From NCBI GenBank assembly GCA_900617105.1, contig UYFQ01000811.1, forward strand, positions 1-52,432: DNA of 52,432 nucleotides, written 5' to 3'. The notes beneath the pieces are model-generated. The model searched no databases and was not told the origin of the DNA. It saw only the letters and a program-made list of their open reading frames with translations. Both the position numbers and the translations under genes were made by a program. The DNA comes from Hydrurus foetidus (lineage: Eukaryota). Of this stretch, positions 10,801 to 22,739 are shown piece by piece; within the stretch, counting starts at the first letter, position 1; every line of letters starts with the position of its first letter.

Positions 10801-13187
10801 CAATGATCATCCGTGAGAACAATGTAGACGAGCTGTGTCGCGTGATCAACACATTGTCCGAAGATATCAAGGCACAGATAGAAGGACTTTTCCCCTCCCT
10901 CATGCCTCCCCCCTCCGCCTCTTTTTCTTCCTCTTCCTCCTATGCTGCTCACGCACACTACTTGAAAAAGGTCGCAAAATCTGACGGGTCCGTGAATCTT
11001 CTACGCACCCTTAGCAGAGGACTAGACAAGACTGTTAGTGACGCGCAGGAGAGGCTGTCCTACTGCGCTGAAGTGAAGATGAGGGCGGAAGTTCAGTTCT
11101 TCGAACCTCTGCCCTCTCAGCTCAACTATCCGGACATCATCGATTTGCATGAAGAAAAAAGAATTGAAAAAGCAAAAGCGAGAAGTCTGAAGAAAAAAGA
11201 AAAAGAGAAGGGAAATAATGGTGATAAGGATGACGAAGAGAGACACGAAGAAATGGGTAAGTTCCTTTCTTCCTTCCTTCCTTCCATCCATCCATCCATA
11301 CTTCCTTCCTTCCTTCCATCCATCCATACTTCCTTCCGTCCTTCCTTCCATCCATCCTTCCGTCCTTCCTTCCATCCATCCTTCTTTCCATCCATCCTTC
11401 CTTCCTCTCATGACCTTTGCCATTTTCTACTTGTCTCCTCGTCATTCTGTCCCATCGTCTGCCTGCGTTTTTGTTTGTTTGTTTGGTTGGTTGGTTGGTT
11501 GTCTGTCTATAATCAGATGCATTCAACATCTTACCTCTGTCTGAATCCGCCGTACCATAGCATTGATCGCCATACTAAATCTCATCCTCCATCCCTTGCA
11601 GACGACATATCAGCCACCTGGTATCCGCCCCTCCTGAACACTCTGTCCCTCCTATCCAAACTATACGGTTGCTTGGAAATCAAGATATTCGAACATTTTG
11701 CAAGTCAATTGATATTTTACTGCTTGAACTCACTCAAAAAAGGAAGTGAAAAAATTAAACAAAACGGCGGGAGGACAGGTGGGGTCGGAGGTTCGACTTC
11801 CGGCTCGTCCGTCAGTTGGGGGGACATCAACGGTGACTTGTTCTTAATCCGACATCTTCTAATATTGAGGGAACAACTGATACCATTTAATATCAAGCTC
11901 CAGAAGAAGAATTTAAATTTGGATTTCCTGCCGAGTAAAAAGGCTCTGAACAGTTTTCTCATGAACAACGTGAAGAGCATCGTCAACTTCAACAACAGCA
12001 GTGCGGGTAGTGCGGGTGCCGTGTACAACAACTCCGACACCACTGGCCACGACAGTCTCGCCACCCAAAGCAACAACAGCTATTTCTACAACAACAGCTT
12101 CTTTCTCTTGGCGCGTGAAGGACTGCCCAACATCATCGAGAAGGAGGTTCTCATCAAGAAAGACCTCGACCTCGATCTCAAGAACGCTTGTCAAGCGCTA
12201 AAAGACAGTGTGCTCAAAAAAATATTCGGAGGAATGGACTCATTTCTGGCCAAAATTGGTGCTTTCATAGGGGATTTCACGAGTCCAAATTCGGCCGCAT
12301 CCTCGGCTCCGTCCACTCTCGCCACCACACACCATACGGCCAATAACGGCCAACTCCCTCTTCTTTCCCAGGAAGCTGTTGAGAGCCTGAAGAAGCAGGA
12401 TTTCATGAAGATGGAGCGGGTCCGGGACATGTTAGGGGTCGTACAAGAGACCGTTGTGCTCGCAGCTCCTGAATTCAAAGTCAGTATGAAGGTGAGAAAG
12501 TGTCATTGGCAGAGGAAAAAATAGAGAGGATGTATGTGTAAGTTAGAAAGTGGTATTGACCGACTTTTTGGATAGCTGGCAGAATGAATAACTAAGTAAC
12601 ATGCCGATTGAGTGCGTGAGTGAGTGGGTTGAGAGACTGACAGACAGGGCGAATGACGGAGTGAGTGAGTGAGTGACGCCAATTTACTTTTGTCCTTTAT
12701 ATCATTGACCGTGTCCTACACAACTCCTCACATTTACACACGCACTCCAATAACGATGTGAACTAAACACACTGATTTTCATCACGAACGTGCTGTACAT
12801 TCAGACGTACGTGGAGAACAGCGTGGCCCGGTCCATCATTCTCCGACCTCTGCTGCAGGAGATCACAGTGGTGCATAGGAAAATGGTACGAATATCGCGT
12901 ATTGCACCATATATGACGTATGAGTAATGTCGTACCACATTATTGTTTCCCCCCCTCCCCCCCTGAGTCTGTGCCCTTTGAACGAGTGATACATTATGTC
13001 AGCAATGACCTTTCTCTTTCTGACGCAGCATCTCAACGATCTGATTGCTCTTCGCATCCCCATGTTAAACAATGTACTGCAGGAGTGTGTGATTTCTAGC
13101 TGCTTCGATCCCGGAGGACCAACACGAGAACTTGAGCAGCTGTTGCTTTCCATCGTCAACAACGCCACGTCAGAACTCTCCTACTAG
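7863..13187 (+). CDS. COG3: Conserved oligomeric Golgi complex subunit 3 (Sec34); exons ~7863-8237, 8368-9023, 9715-9844, 10051-10312, 10786-11256, 11602-12491, 12805-12885, 13083-13187
   Basis: COG3-like motifs 'GDYLRPMII..DELC', 'DAQERL', 'LNYPD', 'TWYPPLLNTLSLLSKLY' and 'GDLFLIRHLLILREQLIPF'. GT-AG junctions keep the frame. Confidence 0.9.
11257..11500. repeat. Intronic (TTCC/ATCC)n and (GTTT/GGTT)n microsatellites in COG3 intron 5
   Basis: Directly visible tetramer arrays. Confidence 0.9.
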
Positions 13188-13775
13188 TTCTCCACAGTGC
13201 ACTACATTCCTCGACAGGACGAGACTAGACAACACAAGTGTTTCCTCAAGAATTCTTAGTTATCCTTAACACCAATACATGCTAGCCCTACGATTGATGG
13301 CCTCGCTTTGGCACTCCTTTACGAAATGTGATAATTACCTCTGATCATCGCGCGAAAGTTTCGTGCCGAAATACCTCATTACATCATATAAATAACTCAG
13401 AAGTATTACTGTTCCTGTATCTCGTAAGGATCGCGCTGCATGATTACCAGTGCTTGCATCGAATCGATAGAGTCAGCGGAGATCTTTCATTCTCAAGGCA
13501 AGGTAAGGCAATTGATTCATGATGTGGGAAGTGGAAGTGAATACTTCTTCATAGAGTCGCCAGCCCTACAAGTACACTTTCCATCTGGATCAACCTTCAA
13601 GGACATTCAAAAAGCAGGGGCTTCAGGAAAAAATCTCGTGGGACGTATTTGCCGCCGAAAGAGGAGGTACTTCTATTTGGGGCACATTCTTGGCTTCCAA
13701 GGACGATACTTGAATAAGCCTCAGGTGTTGAATACACCGCATAAAAGAATACGTGGACTCTCTTATTGATAACTA

Positions 13776-14255
13776 CTACGCTATCTTCTTCAGTGTCTCT
13801 TCCAACTTCCTCATTTTTTCCTCAATCATACGAATATTTCGGAGCTTTTTCGAGTCCTCTTCCGTAGTGTTCTCAGGATCTCTTCCTCTCTTGCCACCCT
13901 GAGATGTCTCTCCGAAAGGCACCGAAGATGCTGCGTACGGATTTGATGTGTCATTGGAGGTCAGCTTTTCTACGTCAGAGTACTTCACTGTCAGTATCCT
14001 TCCCCGAGCGACAATCTTATTTGGTCTGTTCCCCGCATCGAAAGCTTTTTTGGCGAACACTTCAGAATCATAATCAATGAATGCAAAGCCTTTTGGTTTC
14101 CCACGATTCTCGCCACTTTTATGCCACATGTAGTCAACTTTAGTTAAGTTCCCGTAACCTCTGAAGAGTTTTATCAAATCGCCCTCAGTTGTCGACGGAT
14201 GCAAGTTGCAAACAAAAAGTCTCCGCGCATTCTTCTCGGAGGAATTATCGGTCAT
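13776..14255 (-). CDS. RBM18: Single-RRM RNA-binding protein, RBM18-like, intronless
   Basis: RNP2 'LFVCNL' and RNP1 'KGFAFIDY', with the RBM18-like 'WHKSGENRGKPKG' loop and C-terminal 'IRMIEEKMRKLE' helix. Confidence 0.78.
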   Translation of the reverse strand: MTDNSSEKNARRLFVCNLHPSTTEGDLIKLFRGYGNLTKVDYMWHKSGENRGKPKGFAFIDYDSEVFAKKAFDAGNRPNKIVARGRILTVKYSDVEKLTSNDTSNPYAASSVPFGETSQGGKRGRDPENTTEEDSKKLRNIRMIEEKMRKLEETLKKIA

Positions 14256-14366
14256 TGTTATGGCACCTCTGGGTTATTCAAGTCATTCGGATGAAAGCTG
14301 TCACAATTTCGCCCATTAGCCAGGAAATCCATGACTGTGATGAGGGGTTGTGAGTTGTGACGGAGG

Positions 14367-15544
14367 ATGGAGTCATCGATGTTTCTGCTGCGCCGTACCT
14401 ACCGTGTGGCTTCCGGTATATCATACCGTGACCATGCTTTGGCACACCAGCAGGGGAGACAGTAAAACCTCTGCTACTCTCATCGAAGGACTGTACTGTA
14501 GGCTGCATCTGCAGTATCTAAACGAGGTATTGCAGGATAAATCAGATGAATTTTCTGAGAAAATCAGTGCCTCAGCAGAGAAAACTGAATTTTTGCTGCA
14601 GGAATGTATTCAATGTCACTGGTACTCTAAAGGATGGCATTAGAGTCGGAGCATTCGCCGAAGTCAAACATTCTTTCCCGCAGAAGGTGACTTTCTGAAC
14701 ATTTCGTTTCTCATGAGGGCGTCTTCCTCAAATTTATACGTGATGCGATGAATACACGATGTAAACTCAAGCAGAATTGCTTTATCACTATTCAGACTAC
14801 TTGAAGGCAAGTATATCGTCTTGAGAATGACTTTATCTCTGATTAGGATGTGAAAACTTTCTCCGATATTTGTGGGGATGACAATCCTCTTCATCTGGAT
14901 CCTGCGGTGGCAGAGCGCAGCATTTTCGGTGGAACTATTGTACATGGTAATCTTCTTTCTACGTGTGTGTGCAGATTTCAATCGAGAGTGCAGACATAAC
15001 AGGATTCACATCGTTAAATACCGCGATCACTTTCAAATCGCCTACTTCAGGGATGCTGGTATCTAGTTTATTCTCCACCTTATTTGGGCGCACTGTTCAC
15101 GGGTCGGTGTACGTCAGCCAGACCTTCAATTTCAAGCGTCCAGTGCATGTGGGTAAGATCAACTGTTTGAGTGATTTCACCTGTGAAATTGTTGACGCAG
15201 CAGACAGCACTATTTCAATTGCAGCTCCCATCCTTCAGATTTGTTACTTCAGGGCTGTCATTCTAGAAGTCGTCTGATGTCGCTCACGAACATTCCGACA
15301 GAGGACAGTCTTCGGTTGCTGTCTATACCCACAAATCACGAACTCCTAACGCCATTTATTTACATCACTGCTTTCTGCAGGCACAGAAGTGACGGCTAGG
15401 ATGGAAATAATAAAATCGGAAGAAAGAAGGAAAGGCGTTCTGCTGACGTGTTCTACGGAATGTCGTCTATCTGATGGAACAATAGCAGTGGAGGGAGAGG
15501 CCACTGTACTTATACCACACAAGATAGCAGATCATGCGAAGTAG
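14367..15544 (+). CDS. MaoC-like hot-dog dehydratase (HTD2-like 3-hydroxyacyl-thioester dehydratase), probably mitochondrial; exons ~14367-14461, 14602-14686, 14847-14946, 15051-15152, 15381-15544
   Basis: The spliced product carries 'FSDICGDDNPLHLDPAVAERSIFGGTIVHGMLVSSLFS...SQTFNFKRPVHVG...VEGEATVLIP', the hydratase-2 motif. The Arg-rich N-terminus 'MFLLRRTYRVAS' looks like a transit peptide. Exon 1 is the least certain. Confidence 0.85.
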
Positions 15545-16871
15545 ATGAGATAGTAGTGGAGAGGGGTAGTGCACATACTTATCGTTAGGAACTATGCATG
15601 ATTTGTAACGATACGGATTATATAAATGTATACATTTGTTGTGGATAAATTATCGGATTGATGCGAGTACATTGATTTACAATACATGAATTACATCGCA
15701 CGCGCATGTAGACGTTTCACACAAACTTCAAGATTCTTAAATCAAAATTTTCAATAGTCATTCACTTCGTGGGATCAAAGCTACACATAGTGGGGTGGAA
15801 TCGACCAAATCTCTCGACATCGCAATATGGTACCATGGTGCATCTATGTGATCATGAGCGTGCTTGGATTCGTGTAGAAGTGCATGCGTACATGTACGAA
15901 CATACTCAAATGCATTCGTACACGTCTCATGTGTACGTGTCGATTACTCGATACTGCTGATTGACTGATTAGAAGATGATGTACCCCAATTGAATGAGAC
16001 GAGACGAGACGATGCGCTTTGATATTCCTCACGGTGTTGATGCAGTGCAGTTAGTTCGTAGTGCCATCAGAAGGACATCACAAGTTTCAATGTTATATCA
16101 CCCATAAAAAAGAAAGATATCGCTCACAGACGTATGATGTCTCCCGCGTGCGGGTAGCGTCAACTTCACTGATTGTATTGTGTTCGTTCTCAACTGCAAT
16201 GCTGCAACATCTTTTCAACGACGATATGGGCTCGCACAACGTACGGAACGTCACATAGAAATGCTCTCACAGTCGTCATGCTCTATCCCTACGTAATTCC
16301 CCTGACCCTCGTTCGCAAGGAATGTGTCAGTTTCATTTACCTCAGTGTTTTTTTATAGAGCCGAGCGTCACATTTTCTATGGAAAAAATAATGTCATATA
16401 ATGACCTCGTTCGAGTATATATTGTGGATTATAAGTTGGGTTTACTTGCGCTCGAGTCAATGTGACTCACAGCGGTGGACTTACTCTGACTGGCTAAATC
16501 ATAGTTAAGACTGGATGCCTACACGAGCTTTCCTATGAACTATGACCCGGTAAAAATACAGTATTTAACCGGGAAAACGGTATTCCTGCATATATTGTAT
16601 ATTGTAGATCGACTTGTTCATTCTTCATTCGTTATTCGTTACATCCTTCCATAGCCGTCAAGAGGATATGGAAGGATATTTCTCATCCTGAAGGAGGCAA
16701 AACCTTCCATAAAGAGGGCATTTTCAGCGGCTGTTGTTGTCAAATTGAACTAATGAAACGAAACATTTTTGATGACAGGATAAAGTACATTCGATCAAAG
16801 TTGGATTGTTCAAAATTTCGATCAATCTAAGTTCCCACCTACTCCTTGAAAACCGAAAGTGACACTGACAG

Positions 16872-18987
16872 ATGACATCTAGCAGTATGTGCGTCACTCC
16901 GAGCGAGACTGACCTGATCCTTCGATACTTCATATATCGCTTCTGCTCGTCAGCAGGGAAATGCCTCACAGACAGATATTTTATGGCAAACATAGTCTAT
17001 GTGATATACTCTCTACTACTACTGCATATCGACCTCAACATCGGACGAGAATCGGCCAGCGATACTATGTATATACTTTTGGGTTATATTCACATACTCA
17101 ACGGTGAGTCCATATCTTCTTCGTGTAGAGGCATGTCAGCGTTTACGACGATTATTCTGTTGTGAGGACAGCAAACGGCTTGTCAGACATCTTATCTCAT
17201 TCCAACCTCTTGGCTACATGATTTGCTTTCGCTGATTTCCACTATGTGATTTTGAAGCTTTCATTTCTTTGCCCAGTCAGTGTCATTGTGTCGCTCCCTT
17301 TCTTGTCGACAACTTTTTTTTCCGCAACTACAACATAAGTCTGCGTGCAGGCCCTCTAGACAGCAATCTCAGTACCCACTCTCAGCATCCAATTTCTTCT
17401 ATCTCACAGCCTCTTCCCTTTCCTCCATGACCTATTTTCATTCAGCAATTCTGTACATATGGATGTGGTCTGAGATAAGGTCCGTATGGGACATGTACAT
17501 TCTGCCCGACTGGCTAAACATATTCGGGTCTTTTCTCTACTGGCTGTCCGCCTCCCAGTACACCTATCAGCAGCCTAACTCAATGTTAGTCGTGAGGCGC
17601 ATAGAGCTGTTTGCCTCTACTGTGGAAGTGATAGCGATAGTTGGATGGTGCTTGCAGTGGTATTGGGAATATTACGCTGACCTCGCCACCATTCCTCTTT
17701 CATGCGTAGGGAGAGGATTTACTCTTGATGACCCAGGTATCACTACTTCACTGAGCATTTTATTCATCAAGCAACATTGCATCGCCATCTCATGTTTTAC
17801 ATCATCCGACTTCCTTCCTCTCTCTCTCTCTCTCACTCTCTCACTCACTCTTTCTCTCTTTCTTCTCTCTATCTTTATTCATTTATTTTATTACTCTTCT
17901 CTCTCCGTCTGTTCTGATTGGAACACTCTACCACATCTCTGTCTTTCTCTGCATTTATTTCCCTTCTCATCGCATTACTCAGACAAAAGATATCGTGCTT
18001 GTGCATAGAATATCAATGAAAAGGCATGAAACTTGACAGCACTCTGTACAGTACGAAATCATTTTATCTGCTTTGTACTCTCACATGTCAAAACTGTTGT
18101 TTTTTACATCGTCTTCATCATCATTCACATTTGTTTGTTTGAAATTCGTGTTTCGTATTCTGTATCCTGTGTTTTCAGATTTGTGGGGATTGGTAACATT
18201 GGGTATCGCCACTTCGTACTACTTAAAGTTCAACGCAGTGATGTACTTCAACTTGGAAGAAGAAGCGCCTTCTTCTCTGTACCTCTATGGAGACTATTGG
18301 TATGTCGTCAATTCACTGGTGTACACTTTGTGTGCGATGAGAGACAATGAGTGCTTTTGGTTCATGCCCACAAACGGGAGGCCGCCTGCCTTTTTAGACA
18401 TCGCCAAAGCGCACTATTTCTCCAATGTAAATGAGAAAGAGTTTAATGAGGGTGATGTAGGCGGTACCACTCTCAAGAGTGGTGCCGATAAAAGCAGTAG
18501 TAGTAAGAGTGGTGGAGGATGGAGTATGAGTGGCAAAGGCAAAGGAAAAGAAAAAGGTAGCAGTGGTTGTGATGAGAATGATGATGGTGTGCATGATGCT
18601 TTGCTCTCAAGCTCACGTGTTGAAGATGAGGACGATGATGCAAGGACAGGTAGAGACAGGGACAGTCGGAAGGAAAGAGACAGGGAGAGGGAGAAGGAGA
18701 GTATGAGAGAAAGTAGAGGAAGAGGTAGTGCAGTCACAGCTGATGGCACAGCGAACCTTGGACCCGTGTCTGGAATCAACAAGGGGTCCTTTCAGAACTG
18801 CCCCCCCTCTAGCAGTGTTATACTTCGATCCAATATAGTCGCCACCAATGCAAATGGAAGCAATGGGAGTAGCGTGATAGGTAGTGGGAGTGGATTGAGT
18901 GGCAGCAGCGTCAAGGAGTCAGCTAGAGAGGCGAAGGAAACGAGCGTATTCAGCATCATAGGATACGGCACCAAAAGGAGTACATGA
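16872..18987 (+). CDS. Uncharacterised multipass membrane protein with a low-complexity C-terminal tail; exons ~16872-17103, 17446-17736, 18179-18987 (further 5' exons possible)
   Basis: Several hydrophobic/aromatic helices (YFMANIVYVIYSLLLL, DWLNIFGSFLYWLS, GDYWYVVNSLVY), motif GRGFTLDDPD across a junction, frame-preserving GT-AG introns. Confidence 0.7.
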
Positions 18988-21900
18988 CCTCTCCAGCATC
19001 AGCTGAATGAAGTAAAGTGTAGCACTTTCACTAGTCTATTTCAGATCCGCATCAAGTCTCATCTGACGTCATTCTGTCGCACACACAGTCACACACACTT
19101 TTGTCCACTCACGCACAGGTACACACGTACTTACACACCTACAAACAAACGCAGTTCAGTCATACATGCATGCACACGTGCATACAATTGTACACACGCA
19201 TGTGCATACAAACGTGCTACATAATATGTACATATGTGCACGCACGTACAGACGAGCACGCACGTACGTACACAGCATCGGCAGTTTCTATCTTTCACCA
19301 CGCATCACATTCGAATCTGTTACCGTGTAAAATCCTCCTCGCACTTTCACTGAATGGAATTGCACTGACGTACGTAACATCAAGTCAGCCATTCTTCGCT
19401 TTCTATGAAACTCCCTTCCTCTCTTCATTGCTCACTTTTGTACATTTATGCATATTGTCTTTGTGTCGTAACACTCCGCGTAGTTTCAGCGAGTGGCAAC
19501 CCCTACGGTCGTTTTCTCGTCACACCTCCCACACCACACCACACCACGTCATGTCCTACCGTGCCAAACAACGTCACCCACCCACGATCACAACACATCA
19601 TAATTGTCACAGCGGAGCACGGCACTGCGCAGCGCATGAGACAGCACGAACCAATTTATCCTCCACCCCTCCACTTACCCCCACATACGCATTCGCACGT
19701 ACGCGTACACGCACACGCACAGTTCTCATTCGCTCATTTGTTTTCTGGCAAAATATTTCATTTAAATTCCTCCTTGATCGACCCAGGGAACGTCCTTTGG
19801 CCTTTTTTACATTGGCCCCCCCACCGTACGTCCATGTACTTGATAGTGTACAGTACCTCTCACTTAACTAAAATTGCACTCTCTTCTTTTCCTTATTAAA
19901 TGTAAAATATATGGCAAATATAAACTACATTGTTCGGACCTACACACTTTCATTTCTCTCGGAACAACGGATGATAGAACGTACGGTTGCTATATCGCGC
20001 TTCTGAACACCCCTCACAGACCGCGGAGTCAACAATGCCGGTAATGCTTCGAGTGAAATCAACTTTCTTACCCCTTTCTCGAGAAGTTGGAAAGCAATTG
20101 ATTTTAACTTTCAATGTAGTTATGGAACCTATTTTTCTTATAGTGTCATGGTAGTACAGGTACGTGGTTCGATTCGATCTACCTACCTACTGTATGATAG
20201 CGAACCCTTCCAAATTTCACTTTGGGCTCCATTTTAGGTTTTAGGTCCCGCAATATCATGTACGTACGGAGCGTGTCTAGAAAGTACGGACAGTACAGAG
20301 ATGATATCGATGTGCCCTGTACAAGAGGTGAGATTGTTGGGTTGCAAGTTCAACTCATCTCGACATGGCTAGGGATGGACGCTTGAGGAGTCCCAAGATG
20401 CTACGAATCGACGGCATGCTAGTGGTTGTGTTGACGCTGCTCCACGTGTGCAGTAAGATCCCTACGCGGAAGAGAGGCGTCTGTGTCTGTCAGTCAGGAC
20501 ATGAAGGTAAAGGATGAAAACGGCCTGTGATACCTGACATGACAAGTTTGTCGGTGAGGCATTTTTTGACAAAATAAGAGACGCTGCTGAATTTTGACCG
20601 ATTTTAAATTTGAAAAAAAGGTTGCATTATACTTTGTGGCCGATTTTGTCACATGTGAGATGTAAGATAGGGAGTTAGTTGTCCACGCAAGGGAGGGGAC
20701 TCAATTGCATTCTGTGTTCCCTTGGTATGTGCAGTGGTTGGTGTGTGGGCCCGCTACACTCTCTCTGTTTTCGCATCGTATCACGTCTCGAGAGCGTCAA
20801 ATTTAGTTGATAGAAAGAGGCAAGGAGTGGAGTAACTTAGACAAGGGAAAAATTACATTTATAACGATGGCATCACAAAATGAATACTGAACTACTTCAC
20901 ATCCTTCCTTCGATATCGCTGGTTCGAACTCTCCGCTTACAGAATAGTTCCTCTAAAAACGCTGCCTAACTACAAATTCAATTATGTTATGATTGACTGA
21001 AATAATATCATCGAAATTTGGTGTAATAAAGAGCCAAAAGAAAGTGGAAAATTTTCAACGAAGAAAACTCAGAAAGTGAGTACGACCGATTATTATTGGA
21101 TTTCGGTAATAGCTTGGCGCATTTGTTTTTGGAAAATCAGCACCGTCATTCTTACTTAATTTTCCTGCTTGTCTACTTTTTTTTGTCAGTTATTTGTCAT
21201 ACACACTTGAAAAGGAGAAAAGGAGATATCAGATGTGAGAGGAGATGAGGGGCTCTCGTAGGCTTCAACTGACTGACCAGCATCCGCCTTCTCCGTCACT
21301 TCTCCTATCCTATCGTCCCCATCCGATTCAAGTGGAGGAATGCAATGCAATGCACTGGACATATAATGCGTGTGTGTTGAGTGCCGTAATAATGAAAGGC
21401 ATGCGTGGATGACGAAAGGAACAGTACAGAACGGGACAGAAGGGAAGAGAACTGATTCTTCCTAGCATCAGCTGACTAAACTCGACTCGATACGATACGA
21501 TGACTAATCGGAAATACAAAGTTGCGCCACGTGTGTGTGGCTGTACAGAGCACGTTGATGACTATGACTTTAGGAGGATAGAGGACTTTTTTGAAGGAAA
21601 TAGTGCCAACACTGAGAGAGTGACGGGTTGTAGAAGGAGAGGGAGTGGTGAGTAGAGACGTAGAGGGAGTGAAGGGGAGTAGAATGGAAGAGAATAGAGG
21701 AGGAATAGCAGGGAAATGAAGAGCAGTGTAGTGTAGTGTGAAACGGTGTGAGGTGTCGAAAGGTGAGGAGGTGAGGTGAGTGTCGGTAGCATCGGCTGCC
21801 TAACTAGCTACATAGTGTGACACTGAGGTACATGTCATGCATGACATAATGTGTGTGTGTGTGAGGTGAGGGCATATCTTATTCTTATATTCTCGGATGA

Positions 21901-22739
21901 CGATGAGGAGTACTGAAGGGACAGACACTGCTTGACAGCGGCCCCAAGTATAGTCTATTCAACTCAATTCGATTCAGTTCTTATCATCTACACGATGAAC
22001 CTTAGCGACACTCTGTCTTTAACAATGTCGATTTATTATTGGTAATTTCTAATCTTAATAATCCGCACTAGGTTGAGGCAAGAAAACGTATTTGTTTGAC
22101 ACTTGCCCCTCATGACTAGCAGCGGTAGTATATGGTATTTGGTTTTATCTAGATAACTCACCCCTTTGACCTAGGCGACAGATGATGATCATGGGAAGCA
22201 ACGTTAAAAGGAGAATCGTGTCATCTCTGTTCTGATTCTGATTCTTATTCGCTGTGCCGTGTAACTTCATCGTCTTCCTGTGCATGTTCTAGTCGTGTTC
22301 GAAGATAGTAAAACTAGAGCGTAATGTGCTGTGCTGTGCTGTGCTGTAGGTGTCTACGATTTAATCCTGTTAAGTGCTGATGAAGTGTGTAGTGTAGTGT
22401 AGTGCGGTGCGGTGTGACTTGTTGTCATCGTCAATTTGATTGTAGTTCCGATAGAGATTCTTTTTCGTCATTTAGGATTGACAATTCTTTTTGCTGCTGT
22501 CGTAGACTCATTATTCTTTTCTACCGACAGATATCCAGCTCTCGTAGCTCAGACACATCACAGCTCGGTTCGACTAACTCCAATGCACCACACCACCTCG
22601 ACACGACACAGCACGACACACCACTCGATAGCTCGTCCTGAAACCCCAATCTCAAAACAATCCTGTTTTCATCCTATTCTCTCTCTCTCATACGAAATCA
22701 GTTTACCTTATATCTACTAATATACTCCCTTTTTCTATT

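Noticed and set aside
11022..11544. ORFs such as DGRKEG repeats, and similar ones at 40865-41361
   Set aside because: Translations of intronic microsatellites.
13440..13769. 109-aa ORF between COG3 and RBM18
   Set aside because: No recognisable motif; it lies in probable convergent 3' UTRs.
19101..19899. Long His/Thr-rich ORFs
   Set aside because: Derived from CA-rich simple repeats downstream of the membrane-protein gene.
19965..20010. C/D-box snoRNA (ATGATAG...CTGA)
   Set aside because: Imperfect C box, too short, and no recognisable guide.
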